This document shows positions 47,037-57,443 of a stretch of DNA of 64,000 nt, in pieces; position 1 is the first letter of the stretch, and every line of letters starts with the position of its first letter. Where the stretch lies: IMG/VR virus record IMGVR_UViG_3300005529_000001, positions 248,001 through 312,000 of that record; one strand, 5' to 3'. Under the pieces are notes generated by a model that was not told the DNA's origin, ran no database searches, and was given only the letters and a program-made list of their open reading frames with translations. The translations under genes were made by a program, and so were the position numbers.

Positions 47037-50000
47037 GTCCCCTCATCAAATGTTTCGATCGTGATAAAGTACTTGTCAGCGATCAGATCGCCCTCTGAAA
47101 TATCACGATCTCGGTAACGGAACCTGTTGACGTTGGATGCTGCGCGGCCTTGGGTAAAGGGACGAGAACCCGGGGTTATGGTGCGATCAGCGATGGGATT
47201 AGCGTTGAACGCTGCGTCATCATTTTCAGTCATTGAAATGATCTCTCCGTTCCCAACCATCAGGCTCAACGCTTCACGTCCATATGGTGTCTGGGTTGTT
47301 TGCTCAACATCCACTTCAAAATCAGCTGGATCTACGATCAAATTGAAGACCCTATCAAACTGTTTCGGAACGACAACTTTTTGATTCAAAGCACTTGGAT
47401 CAGATGCTGACGTCAATGTATATGAGAGCCCGCTGATCGTTCGCATGTTTTCTAGAACGAGCGGCACGTTTCGAGGAGTAATGGTTGCTAAGTTTGTCTC
47501 TAGGTTACCAACAACTGCTGATTGTGCAAGCGTTTTGATTGTGGTGGTTGCCGGTTGTATTGATCTGACTTGTGATGACAAGCTACTAAAGCCTGCAACG
47601 CCAGCCGGGTTACTTAGTTTTGGTTGTGAAATAGCCAGGGGTGCAACGCTGCCCTTTGGGGCGACAGACGAAGCAAGAGCAGTCGTAGAAAACAAGAGAC
47701 CACCCACGGGAGCCGTTGGGTGCGTTGAGTTGGTCGCGGGAACGACTGCTTTAGCTTGCACCATGTCCGCGATGTGCGCAACAACGTGTTCCGTCAGGGT
47801 CTTGACAAAGCTCGCGTCCAGAGGACGTGGGATGTTTGCCATGTCAAAATTGTACTCGGCGACGTTGATTCCCGTCATCAGCTTGATGTAAGCCTCAAGG
47901 ATCTGGCTCACAACATGGTTCTGAAGCAACTCTGCTTTCTGTTGTGTCGTCATGAATGAATATGAGTCATCGTTCAGAGCAACGCTGACATTCTTCAAAC
48001 CATCATTTTGTGCAACAACTGCCGATGCATACTCAACGCCCTTGACAATTGATTGGGAGGTACTGGTATTGGCGTTCTGACTGAAATCCATCGTAGGAAT
48101 TGAGTTGACAATGTCATGCAATGAGGGCCTGTCAGGCAAGGGCAACCAGTTGCCAGTCGCTGACCTAACAGAAAACCTTGACATCTCAAACAGAAAACGT
48201 TGCGGCTTGTAGATGATGTCGCCATTCACCATGTCTACCTTATAGACACAGACTTGTACGATGTCATTCCGCCTGTTCGTAAATGATGCTCGGTTTTGTT
48301 GTTGGATGTTTACTTTCTGCTTGATTCTTTGGGTGAAGCCTTGCGGGATACCGACGGTCAATATCCGTTTGTTTTGACCCCTCGCTGAGGAAAACTCAGC
48401 CGTTCCAAGGTATCCGTAAATGGCGCTGCGCATGGCTGGTGGCACATCAGACTCATCCAAGATCTTTAGCTCATGTGTGCTATCCACGTCAGCCTGTGCA
48501 ATTCTTTGCAGGGGTGGAATGTCTTGTGTTGCAGCCCGAATCAGGTTTGTCGTGGTCGCAGCCAACATCATGATCTGCTGCTCGCTAAGGAGCATGCTCA
48601 ACAACTGTTTACGATCGCCCAAAATACCTGCTACTTGTTGCAATGTTTGGGTTGCAACCGGCGTCTTCAAGTAGTTGCTGATTCCCTTTAGGCTTCCGCT
48701 AAGCGTCTGCATGATGTTAAGAATGCACATTACCAGACGTTGAATCCGAACGTTCTCCTGCGATGCTCGACTCATCAATTCATTGACTGAATCTAGGTGA
48801 TCGATCGACGTTTGTGAAACAACATAGCTTGTTGAATCCTGAAAGAAAAGATTGAATCCCGAATATGTGACACCAGTCAAGCTAAGGTTGCCGTAACGAG
48901 CAATGGCAGAAATGACAAGATCAAAAGCAACCATCGCAACGACCGTGTCGAGGTAACCCCCGTACACAGAAACCCCACCGTTAAATGCTTGCGTTGATCT
49001 AAACCTGTCAATGATCTCACCCATGATTGTGATGACGTAATTTGTCAAGGGTGTTCCAGCCTTAAGAGCCGTGGCTATGCCCGATGGGTTAAGAGCGCTG
49101 GAGTTGTTTACACGAAACGGATCAAACCCAGGTTCGCTAAGAGACTGGACGTTGGTACGACTCCTAGGCAATGCGTTCTGAAGTGCAATATTGATCTGTA
49201 TGACTAGTGCATCGACCAAGGGTGTATTATCTGCGGTCACTGGTGAGCTAAAGAACGGCACCAGCATGTTATAGGACCGCGAGATCTTTGATATGACATA
49301 CAAGAACAGCGCTGATTTTACGTTGTTGTCTTGTCGAGCAAGTGAAAAGACAGACGCCAGTCTATCGTCTTGGAGCATTTTTGACGTCTGCCCACTTGCA
49401 TCAACCAGGGGTGACTTGATTGAGTTCAATAGATCGACGGTTGTGTTGAGAATACTGCCCTCGACAAGCTTTGCAGCGTCAGCTGAAACGACATCTACAT
49501 AGGGCTTTTGCAACAGATTCATTGCATCGCTAACGATATTAAAGGAACTGAATGCGTTATCAAGAACACCGACCAGCTGATCAATGTTGCCCGTGTTAAA
49601 AGCCTGTCCATCAGTCTGCAGCAACTGATCAAAGTAGAAATCACCGCCAGGTGTCAACGTTCCCGTATCACCTTCCACATACTTGGACTCAAACGTCAAG
49701 ACTCCAGTTGAACCTGCTACCTGTTGAGCGACAGACGTCAGAGCCGAATTGGCTTGTGACGGGAAATCAGTGATGTTGTTTCCAAACTGTCCCAAGACGC
49801 TATCAAACAACGTCGTGTTTGCTTGACCAGAAGTCACAGTGTAGTTGTAAACGCCCTGAAGCATCCTCTTCAAGGGAAGCCCCGTCAACCCAAAAGAGTA
49901 CCTAAACTCCATTGACAACAGGTTGGCTAGAGCGGCGATCCGGGCTTCCTCATCCTTGAACAGGACATTCTGGTAGATGGACGTAAAGGCTGGATTTATG

Positions 50001-51199
50001 GCATTGATCGTTTGCGCAATCAGGCTAGGTTGCAAGGCAACCAGCTCCGACAATGGTGGAAGATTGGGAAGGTTCGTTGACAGAGCAAACCTAGTCACGT
50101 TAGGGTTGAGAATCGTTGTCGGGTTGGTATCATTTCTTTGGTATGATGGATCGATGTCAAGAAATGGCAATGTATGAAACTTCAAAGCATACGAAAGCTC
50201 CAGAACCAACTGCATCCAAATTTTAGAAGAAGAGTAGATGTTCCGCAAGTTTTCAGCTTTGTAACCTAACTCAGACAACGAATCAACCGCGTTGAATTGC
50301 AATGGATGAAAGTTGGATAGGTGAAGTGGAATCACCTTCTTCATCTTAGATGTGGTCGGTTTGGCTGACACTGTTGCTTGTGTGTAGTTCGCTTGCAACA
50401 AGCTGCCGACCTGGCTGGGATCGACCGTATAGATGTCATGTCGAAGATCGAGTTGTGATTTTTGGGCCTCGATTATCCTAACAAGGTTCAACAAAAACGA
50501 GGAGTTCTCTGATAGGCTGTTCAGCGCATTTTGAAGCGTGTTTGTACGACTGGAAAACTCTTGTTCGATCTTAGCGTAACGACTCTTGAGCGTTTTTACC
50601 AGAGCTTGGCTGTTGTGTGATCGCAGATTACGCATCTGCATCTGAGCGTCAAGGAACCTGCCCGCGTCAGTCATGTAGGGATCGAGCCCAGCAGCATCAA
50701 ATGCTGTGATGTAATGCGGGGCGGTGTGAATGACATCGCGGTTAAACAGAGGTTCAAAATTGGTCATCATGATGACCTCTGGTCGTTCTTGCGCAATGCC
50801 AGTCAGCTGTTCATACGGCTGGAATTTAGCGGTGGTAGTCGTAAACCCACTGTTGAGTCTAGGATCATACGCTTTCCCAGCGTCCAGTTGCAACTGGTAT
50901 GTTGGTAGAACGGTGTTGAAACGAGTCAACAACGGAAGAACGATCGGATTCCCACTGATCAGGTGTTGGCCTATTTCCAACAAACTTGGCGTTGAAAACC
51001 GTTCGATGTTGTTCAGGCTGGGCAACAGGATCGGGTGTAACAGGCTGACTTCGTGCGTTGGCAGAACGCCTAGTGAAGACGGGTGGGTCGTCGTTGTTTG
51101 GTTTGTTGCTTGGGTTACAACAGATTGCACTAGGGGTTGAACGTGAACGCTTCCCAGGTTTGCAAATGAACTGTTGTTGACACGTAAGGTCGCAATCAT
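47033..51199 (-). CDS. Very large hypothetical protein (1388 aa), probably virion
   Basis: Long ORF, ATGA-coupled within the structural operon. Confidence 0.65.
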   Translation of the reverse strand: MIATLRVNNSSFANLGSVHVQPLVQSVVTQATNQTTTTHPSSLGVLPTHEVSLLHPILLPSLNNIERFSTPSLLEIGQHLISGNPIVLPLLTRFNTVLPTYQLQLDAGKAYDPRLNSGFTTTTAKFQPYEQLTGIAQERPEVIMMTNFEPLFNRDVIHTAPHYITAFDAAGLDPYMTDAGRFLDAQMQMRNLRSHNSQALVKTLKSRYAKIEQEFSSRTNTLQNALNSLSENSSFLLNLVRIIEAQKSQLDLRHDIYTVDPSQVGSLLQANYTQATVSAKPTTSKMKKVIPLHLSNFHPLQFNAVDSLSELGYKAENLRNIYSSSKIWMQLVLELSYALKFHTLPFLDIDPSYQRNDTNPTTILNPNVTRFALSTNLPNLPPLSELVALQPSLIAQTINAINPAFTSIYQNVLFKDEEARIAALANLLSMEFRYSFGLTGLPLKRMLQGVYNYTVTSGQANTTLFDSVLGQFGNNITDFPSQANSALTSVAQQVAGSTGVLTFESKYVEGDTGTLTPGGDFYFDQLLQTDGQAFNTGNIDQLVGVLDNAFSSFNIVSDAMNLLQKPYVDVVSADAAKLVEGSILNTTVDLLNSIKSPLVDASGQTSKMLQDDRLASVFSLARQDNNVKSALFLYVISKISRSYNMLVPFFSSPVTADNTPLVDALVIQINIALQNALPRSRTNVQSLSEPGFDPFRVNNSSALNPSGIATALKAGTPLTNYVITIMGEIIDRFRSTQAFNGGVSVYGGYLDTVVAMVAFDLVISAIARYGNLSLTGVTYSGFNLFFQDSTSYVVSQTSIDHLDSVNELMSRASQENVRIQRLVMCILNIMQTLSGSLKGISNYLKTPVATQTLQQVAGILGDRKQLLSMLLSEQQIMMLAATTTNLIRAATQDIPPLQRIAQADVDSTHELKILDESDVPPAMRSAIYGYLGTAEFSSARGQNKRILTVGIPQGFTQRIKQKVNIQQQNRASFTNRRNDIVQVCVYKVDMVNGDIIYKPQRFLFEMSRFSVRSATGNWLPLPDRPSLHDIVNSIPTMDFSQNANTSTSQSIVKGVEYASAVVAQNDGLKNVSVALNDDSYSFMTTQQKAELLQNHVVSQILEAYIKLMTGINVAEYNFDMANIPRPLDASFVKTLTEHVVAHIADMVQAKAVVPATNSTHPTAPVGGLLFSTTALASSVAPKGSVAPLAISQPKLSNPAGVAGFSSLSSQVRSIQPATTTIKTLAQSAVVGNLETNLATITPRNVPLVLENMRTISGLSYTLTSASDPSALNQKVVVPKQFDRVFNLIVDPADFEVDVEQTTQTPYGREALSLMVGNGEIISMTENDDAAFNANPIADRTITPGSRPFTQGRAASNVNRFRYRDRDISEGDLIADKYFITIETFDEGT

Positions 51200-53676
51200 G
51201 GTGCATCTACAATTACGGTGTTGGTCGTCACCGCGGTACCTACTTTGTAGTCATTCATCACAGGAATGATGACATAACTAATGGGACCATTGTCCAGGTG
51301 TGAGATGGTGTGGAAAAACTGACATGCACCATACGGAAAATCAGAGTGCGCTTTGCCCAAAACGGAGCGCACTCCATTCACGATCTTCAAGATGATGAAA
51401 TGATCAACTTGAGTGATGTCACCCTGGACTTGCCAGGTCAATATGTTAAGAGCTCGATTGAATGGCGTAGCGGTTTGCTTTACGATTTTTGCAGCATCAT
51501 TGTCGAATGACACATCAACCGTTGTTACCGCGCCCACGATCCCGAATGACATCGGGTCTTTTGCATAACGTTTTGCTGCGCCAGTGGATGAAACGATCAC
51601 TCCACGCGTTAGAGTCAATGGGTGCAGGAACTTTGCTGGACTCCATGCATATGATTTTCTCGTGATTGGATCGGTTGAGATTTTGGTGAAGTTATCAAAC
51701 AACGTTTCAGCCGCTCTCAGAAGCGGATAGATTTCATATCTGTAGACGTGACCGTATTGTAACGCTGACACAGCTTGCGCTTTCCTGAGAAGGCTATCAC
51801 TAAAATTGGGTGTTGTCACAGTACCAAAGCTCTCACGGATGCCTGTCGTTAGATCAACACGTTGGATTTGGTATGCTATCAGATTGGATAACTGGTCACG
51901 TTGGTTGGCGATATCTCCGCTGAAGAACTGAGATAGGTCCTGGTTCGATAACATCTGTTTGATGTTATCCATGTTTGTGTTTACCGTCGATGTGTTGATG
52001 ACGAAGGACACGTCGGGTGTGGTGTCATGCTGAACCAGCAGGTCAGTTACCGACGTATCAACTTGCCCCGGAGCGGGTTTGATGAACTCAATTGTCACAT
52101 CACCAAAATCCTCAATGTCACCGTCCAGATAGATCAAACGAGCAACGTATCGGTAAACGTTTCTCTCCTTGACATCAGTGTCCAACGTTATCACGAGGTT
52201 TGCTTGCCTTGCTGCATCATCAACAAACCCGACATCACCATTGACAATGTCATACTGTCCGGCTGGTTGGTGGGTGGTCAGGTTCCACTTGAGAAATTGA
52301 ATCGCAATGCAACGAGTTGGAATGCTTCGAGCCTCGAGTTGGATACCCTTGTCAACCTGAAGACCTGTTAGAGCAACGCTTCGGAGCGGAGTATAGCGCG
52401 GTGGACGGAGAACGACGTTAGAATAATCGAAACCCTGAGCATTCTGTGCACCAACAGAAATTGCACGATAAATTGCTGCTGACGAGAGCGGTACGTCAAC
52501 TTTGACCTGAAGGGCTTTTTGCTTTGATGTTAGAGAATACGTTCCGATCAACGAATAGTTGTCAACGTCTTGTGCCGCAGCAAAGATAGTCTTCTTGTAG
52601 ATCTGAACTGACGTTGCCCCCGGATCAGTCTGGTTTATCTGGAGCGTACCGTATGTTGAGTTGGGTGCAAGAGACGCCTTCAAGATGGGTGGCGTTTTGG
52701 GAGTGTTGTAAATTTGCAACTCTCTTGAGATGTTTAGTGTTTTTACGACTGAGTTCACTGGTTCATTGCTATCAGCATTGATCAGGTCAAACTGAACAAA
52801 TGCATTGGTTAGATCAGCATTTTCTAGCCTGAGCAACGCCGCTGGGACGACAATGTATTCAGTGATTTCTTGGATCGTTTGGGTGACGTTTTGGATCACC
52901 CGAACTAAGTCTTGATCAGCAAGATCATCAGTCGTTGTGGGAGGTATGTTTGTCGTCGGCGGGAACAAGTAAAAATTCAGCAGCTGAGAAACAGGATCGG
53001 TGATTGACTCAAGAGCACGTTGGGTGTTAGAGAAGCCCTGTCTTGTTGCAGTCGAAGACTGGCTCCTCGGTGTCAAGTCCATGATGTACGAAGGATCAAT
53101 TCCCTGTCTGACAACCATGTCCTGCATCACTTGTTGCGGGCTCAGAGCGGCGCTGCCCGACAGCGCGACCGACACATCAGGAACAAGTAATGAGTTAGCG
53201 ACCCGTTGTAGGATTGGCTGTGGGTTCGCGCTTTGCTTGACATCACTAGCTAACACAGTCTGGAGTTGTGGACCATTCAGTTGTGGGATTGTGGTCGGAT
53301 CAACCTGAGCTAGCAACTGTTGGATCACTTCGTTGTTTACGTACGATAGGATGTTGCTGTTGGTCTGAGCGACAACATATCCCAAACGTTGTTGAGCTGC
53401 TTGTTTAGCGTTCAACAACAAACCGCGGATGTTATCAACCAGAGCTTGGGTGTCAACAATTCCACGTTGGGTCAACCCTAACAATGGCAATCGTGGGATG
53501 AATCTGCTGATGACCTGAATGTTCACGACTCGGGCGTGATTGTTCATCGCCTGGCTTGGGTTTACAGAATACGTGAAAGCAAACTCGAGATCGCCGTTCG
53601 CATGGACGTTCACAAGCTGAGCATAATCATCAGCTACAGTCACCAGATTTGCTGTCTGTTGGTACCTGAAGAACAT
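51196..53676 (-). CDS. Large virion protein with FN3/Ig-like repeats
   Basis: Repeated YRY strands (AIYRAIS, VYRYVA, VYRYEI, ISYVIIP). Confidence 0.55.
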   Translation of the reverse strand: MFFRYQQTANLVTVADDYAQLVNVHANGDLEFAFTYSVNPSQAMNNHARVVNIQVISRFIPRLPLLGLTQRGIVDTQALVDNIRGLLLNAKQAAQQRLGYVVAQTNSNILSYVNNEVIQQLLAQVDPTTIPQLNGPQLQTVLASDVKQSANPQPILQRVANSLLVPDVSVALSGSAALSPQQVMQDMVVRQGIDPSYIMDLTPRSQSSTATRQGFSNTQRALESITDPVSQLLNFYLFPPTTNIPPTTTDDLADQDLVRVIQNVTQTIQEITEYIVVPAALLRLENADLTNAFVQFDLINADSNEPVNSVVKTLNISRELQIYNTPKTPPILKASLAPNSTYGTLQINQTDPGATSVQIYKKTIFAAAQDVDNYSLIGTYSLTSKQKALQVKVDVPLSSAAIYRAISVGAQNAQGFDYSNVVLRPPRYTPLRSVALTGLQVDKGIQLEARSIPTRCIAIQFLKWNLTTHQPAGQYDIVNGDVGFVDDAARQANLVITLDTDVKERNVYRYVARLIYLDGDIEDFGDVTIEFIKPAPGQVDTSVTDLLVQHDTTPDVSFVINTSTVNTNMDNIKQMLSNQDLSQFFSGDIANQRDQLSNLIAYQIQRVDLTTGIRESFGTVTTPNFSDSLLRKAQAVSALQYGHVYRYEIYPLLRAAETLFDNFTKISTDPITRKSYAWSPAKFLHPLTLTRGVIVSSTGAAKRYAKDPMSFGIVGAVTTVDVSFDNDAAKIVKQTATPFNRALNILTWQVQGDITQVDHFIILKIVNGVRSVLGKAHSDFPYGACQFFHTISHLDNGPISYVIIPVMNDYKVGTAVTTNTVIVDAP

Positions 53677-53685
53677 CTGATTACC

Positions 53686-54708
53686 TCACTGAAAGACCAA
53701 AGTGAACAGGTGAATGAACGTGTCAGTTCCTTTTTCATCAACAGTCACTTTGCCAACGAAATAGATGTGTGCAGTTGAGTGTTCGGGATCTCCTGTCCGG
53801 TGCCTACCGTAGTCAACGATGTCGAGCTTTTTGAGAGTGTCATAGTTCTGTTCAAAGAACTGTCCGACTAGGTTGTTTGTTGTTGACGTGGGGTCAAAAT
53901 TGATCTGCTTCATGTAACCCCAAGCTTCGTAACACCGAAGCTCAAAAGCGATTTGCTCATATCGCAATGCAGAAAACCAGAACCAAGTGTAGATGCCCCA
54001 GGGAACATACGATCCCAAAAAGCTAACCTTGTTGACGTCCTGGATGCCCCAATCACCCAATGATGATTCGTCAATAACCTTGTTGATTGGTGGCAAGTAC
54101 TTGAAGTTGGGCAAGTGACTGAACCGAGGATCGCTAAAAATGCTGTCTAACGTGTTGACATGCGTTGTGTATTGAGCTGGGTTCCTGATGGGTCTTTGAT
54201 CGTTGATTTGGAACGTGATCGATGATGGACCTGCCAAAAACTGATCGTCTTCAAAGAATGAATCGACAGTCGACAAGACACGCAACTTAGAGAAGTTGTC
54301 TGCTGAAGCTCCCAACAAGTCATTGGCCGCGGCGATGAAGGCTGTACCTTTGACCGCAGACGTTCCCTCACCGACCCCACCAATGAGCGAGCTCGTTACG
54401 CCCGTGTACGTGTAATCGATGATCTTTCCAAAACCCGTGTTGACCCCTGATGAATTCCTAAATGGCAAGACATTGCCCGAGTCATCAGCCTGGAACGTGA
54501 TGTCATCCTGGGGCAGTTGACAAGACTCGAGGTAGATCCTTTGGGTCGCGTCCTGGCTACCGCTCGCAACATCAGCTGCGTAGTGCGTCAAGCCATCGGA
54601 AAATGACACGTACGAGATGTCAACACCGCCTCGTGACAGCTGTCGCCTGCCCTCGATCGTCAGGATGGTGTCAAGGACACGTGTCTTGTTGTCTAGGATT
54701 CCCGACAT
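53686..54708 (-). CDS. Virion structural protein, N-terminal paralog of 43791..44507
   Basis: MSGILDNKTRVLDTILTIEGRRQLSRG..ISYVSFSD. Confidence 0.55.
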   Translation of the reverse strand: MSGILDNKTRVLDTILTIEGRRQLSRGGVDISYVSFSDGLTHYAADVASGSQDATQRIYLESCQLPQDDITFQADDSGNVLPFRNSSGVNTGFGKIIDYTYTGVTSSLIGGVGEGTSAVKGTAFIAAANDLLGASADNFSKLRVLSTVDSFFEDDQFLAGPSSITFQINDQRPIRNPAQYTTHVNTLDSIFSDPRFSHLPNFKYLPPINKVIDESSLGDWGIQDVNKVSFLGSYVPWGIYTWFWFSALRYEQIAFELRCYEAWGYMKQINFDPTSTTNNLVGQFFEQNYDTLKKLDIVDYGRHRTGDPEHSTAHIYFVGKVTVDEKGTDTFIHLFTLVFQ

Positions 54709-54797
54709 CTTTCTCTACGACAAATATACCCCGAGCCCCATCCAGGGGCCGACTCGAGGCTTCACGAGATCAGATGTTGAGCATCATTTGGTTGCCG

Positions 54798-56174
54798 TCA
54801 GAGGATCTTAGACGCAAGAGTGGCAAGCTCCGATCTCTCGCCCTTGATGAGGGTGACATGGCCGGCGATAGGGTAATCTTTGAACCGCTCGACGGCGTAA
54901 GTCAACCCGTTAGTGAAAACATCCACATGAACGTTGTCAATCTGCTCAATATCACCCGTCAAGATGATTTTGGTGCCATCTCCCACACGAGTAATGATCG
55001 TCTTCAGCTCGTGCATCGACAGGTTCTGGGCTTCGTCGATGACAATGAAGGCGTTCGGGATCGACCTTCCCCTGATGAAAGTGATCGCTTCAATCTCAAT
55101 GAGACCACGCTCCTGCATCAGGTTCAGGTACATGTTATCGTCAAACGCTTGCTTTTCGTTGCCTGCACGCCGCTGTCTCTTGGGACGGTTCCTCTTGGTG
55201 TCCATCAGGAAGTTGAGGTTGTCACGGACGGGAGCGATCCACGGTTCCATCTTCTCCTCAAGGGTCCCTGGCAAAAAGCCAATGTCCTTACCAACGGGCT
55301 GGACTGGACGGGTGACGATCAGCTTGTCATACCGTGCAACAGCTGGGTTTCCTAACGTCTTCAGTTGCTCGAGACCTGCCGCAAGCGCGAGCAGCGTCTT
55401 GCCCGTGCCAGACGGGCCCACCAGCGTCAACAGCTTGATCTTTTCATCAAACAACAAATCAAGCGAGAACTGCTGTTCTTTGTTCCTGGGAGTCAAGCCA
55501 AACGCTTGTTCGATTTTCTCGACGGGAACAAGTGGCTTCTTGGGATCAATGCACTTCGCCAGGGCTGACTTGGTAGGTCGGCCATCGTCAAAAGCGTGCT
55601 TGATGACAACGATCTGGTTTGGGTACAGCTGATGATTACTTGTCAGGTCAAGCTCACCATGCTTGTAGAAGTGATCAATTCGTTCTTCTTCGAGCTCAAT
55701 CACTTCAACGCCACGGTAAAATTTCTGCGGGCTGTCAACAGCCACACGCATCTTTTTGTAGTCTTCACACTTGACACCGATGCTGTCACACTTGATCCTG
55801 ACGTTGATGTCCTTTGACACCAAGATAGAACCATCGACGTGTTTGGCATAAGCGATGATCATGTTGTCAGGCTTGCCCAGTTCTAGCCCAGGCAACTGGA
55901 CGTCTTTGATGGCGTCCATTCGCCCTACCTTTAGGGTCCCACCCTCGTGCAGCTGGACACCTGCGTAGAGACCGCCTCGTTCTCGAAGAGTGTCGAGCGA
56001 TCGGGTCACTTGACGCGCATTACGTCCGACTTCATCGGGTCGGCTCTTGTGACGATCTAGCTCTTCTAAGACAATCATCGGGATGATGACGTCATTTTCT
56101 TCAAATGAAAAGATCGAGTTCGGATCGCTTAGAAGGACGTTGGTATCAAGGACGTACGTCTTCTTCTGGCTCAT
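54798..56174 (-). CDS. phoH: PIN-domain PhoH-family ATPase
   Basis: VLDTNVLL, ELD, D..I, SKDINVR (PIN); GPSGTGKT, IGFLPG..EKMEPW, RGRSI, DEAQN, TRVG...LTGD..QID (PhoH). Confidence 0.92.
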   Translation of the reverse strand: MSQKKTYVLDTNVLLSDPNSIFSFEENDVIIPMIVLEELDRHKSRPDEVGRNARQVTRSLDTLRERGGLYAGVQLHEGGTLKVGRMDAIKDVQLPGLELGKPDNMIIAYAKHVDGSILVSKDINVRIKCDSIGVKCEDYKKMRVAVDSPQKFYRGVEVIELEEERIDHFYKHGELDLTSNHQLYPNQIVVIKHAFDDGRPTKSALAKCIDPKKPLVPVEKIEQAFGLTPRNKEQQFSLDLLFDEKIKLLTLVGPSGTGKTLLALAAGLEQLKTLGNPAVARYDKLIVTRPVQPVGKDIGFLPGTLEEKMEPWIAPVRDNLNFLMDTKRNRPKRQRRAGNEKQAFDDNMYLNLMQERGLIEIEAITFIRGRSIPNAFIVIDEAQNLSMHELKTIITRVGDGTKIILTGDIEQIDNVHVDVFTNGLTYAVERFKDYPIAGHVTLIKGERSELATLASKIL

Positions 56175-56286
56175 GAGATTTATTGTTCTTTCTGTTGGTG
56201 CGTTGTGCACTGTTGGTTCTTTCCCTTTGGTTTCTTGAACATAGAAAGGGCCAACCATTACATTCTAATCATCTGGTGGGTTATCC

Positions 56287-56574
56287 ATGCAAGAAGGCAA
56301 GAAACGTCTGAAGATCATTCAGCCCAACGTTACGGGCAACCGCGTCGTTGATGGGACAACGTGTTTTGCAGTACAAGCCAAGGCCGGGATAGACTGCCAG
56401 CGAAAACGATGTCCGCATTGGATCCAGTTCAAGGAGGGTCACAATTGCGTTCACATCGCTTCTCAAAACGGCCCACACACTCTTCAACGAATCGGACAGA
56501 TCTATGGGCTAACTCGCATGCGTATCTGTCAGATCGAGAAGGCCATTTTTGAAAAGATCCGCCGCGTCAGCTGA
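56287..56574 (+). CDS. Sigma-70 region 4 HTH protein with Cys/His-rich N-terminus
   Basis: HTLQRIGQIYGLTRMRICQIEKAIFEKIR matches the region 4.2 pattern (TL.EIG..F.VTRERIRQIE..AL.KLR); C..C...C..C.H upstream. Confidence 0.75.
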   Translation: MQEGKKRLKIIQPNVTGNRVVDGTTCFAVQAKAGIDCQRKRCPHWIQFKEGHNCVHIASQNGPHTLQRIGQIYGLTRMRICQIEKAIFEKIRRVS

Positions 56575-57034
56575 CGGGCTCTTCTTTTTCACCAGGCTTC
56601 TCTTCGACTTTCGGCTCGTTCTTGGCCGCTTCGACAACGGGTGCCAGTTTTACTTCGTCAGTTGGTTTCTCAACTGGCTTGGAAGCTTCGACTGTTGGAA
56701 CAGGCTTCGCTTCAAGCTTGACAACATCAACGGACTTAGCGGTTTCTTTGTTGCTCTCAGAGACGACAGGAGCCGGCTTAGAAATTACGACTTTCTTGGG
56801 TAGCTCGACCTTCTTTGTGGGCATCGAAACAACTGGAGCTACCGTTGTTGGGGTCTCGACAGCCTCCAGAGAGGCCGCCTGATGGAAACCCATGTGATAT
56901 TGGTTACCTGCCGGCTTGGCTCCCGCCTTGGGATTTGGGGTGATGCGCCCAGCCTTGTCGGTGATGGACCAAGCTTTGGTTGGGTCAAGGTTGAGATCGT
57001 GAATGTCGGCTAGGACTGCGCGAGGTGCGGGCAT
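56567..57034 (-). CDS. Hypothetical Pro/Lys/Glu-rich protein
   Basis: Start ATG 57034 with GGAG SD and TATTTA motif. Confidence 0.55.
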   Translation of the reverse strand: MPAPRAVLADIHDLNLDPTKAWSITDKAGRITPNPKAGAKPAGNQYHMGFHQAASLEAVETPTTVAPVVSMPTKKVELPKKVVISKPAPVVSESNKETAKSVDVVKLEAKPVPTVEASKPVEKPTDEVKLAPVVEAAKNEPKVEEKPGEKEEPVS

Positions 57035-57067
57035 CTGTTGTCTCCGCCTGTAAATAGGCTTCAGAGA

Positions 57068-57099
57068 CGACGAAGCCCCAGCGATCACCGCCAGGGCCA
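57068..57099 (-). terminator. Hairpin after the histone-like gene
   Basis: GGCCCTGGCG-GTGAT-CGCTGGGGCT followed by TCGTCGT, similar tail to the capsid-gene hairpin. Confidence 0.5.
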
Positions 57100-57132
57100 A
57101 GCCACAGTAGGTATCCGAGAGATCGAAGCTGT

Positions 57133-57363
57133 TTAAGCAGCCTTCTTGTCCTTCTTCGGTTTCGAAGCCTTCGAAGCCTTGTCTGTCTCGACCGTCATCT
57201 TGACAAGCGAAGCCGCAAGGCTCTTCAGCTCACGCAGGCCCTTACGAGCACGGACGCCTGCAGCAGCTGTGCCCCGAGCGTTCTTGACCACGTCAAGCTC
57301 AAGCTCTTCAACGAGCTTCTTCAGTTCAGTCCACTTCTCGAGAACGAGATTGGTGCCTTCCAT
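57133..57363 (-). CDS. Histone H1-like (Hc1-type) DNA-binding protein
   Basis: D..K...G..AAGVRARKGL.ELK motif; GGAGG SD. Confidence 0.75.
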   Translation of the reverse strand: MEGTNLVLEKWTELKKLVEELELDVVKNARGTAAAGVRARKGLRELKSLAASLVKMTVETDKASKASKPKKDKKAA

Positions 57364-57443
57364 TGGTAGTGTCCTCCAGCCATAAGTATACAGCCTGACG
57401 ACTAGCCGTAAAACAAATGGCGGCTTCAGCGCGCGCGAGAGCC

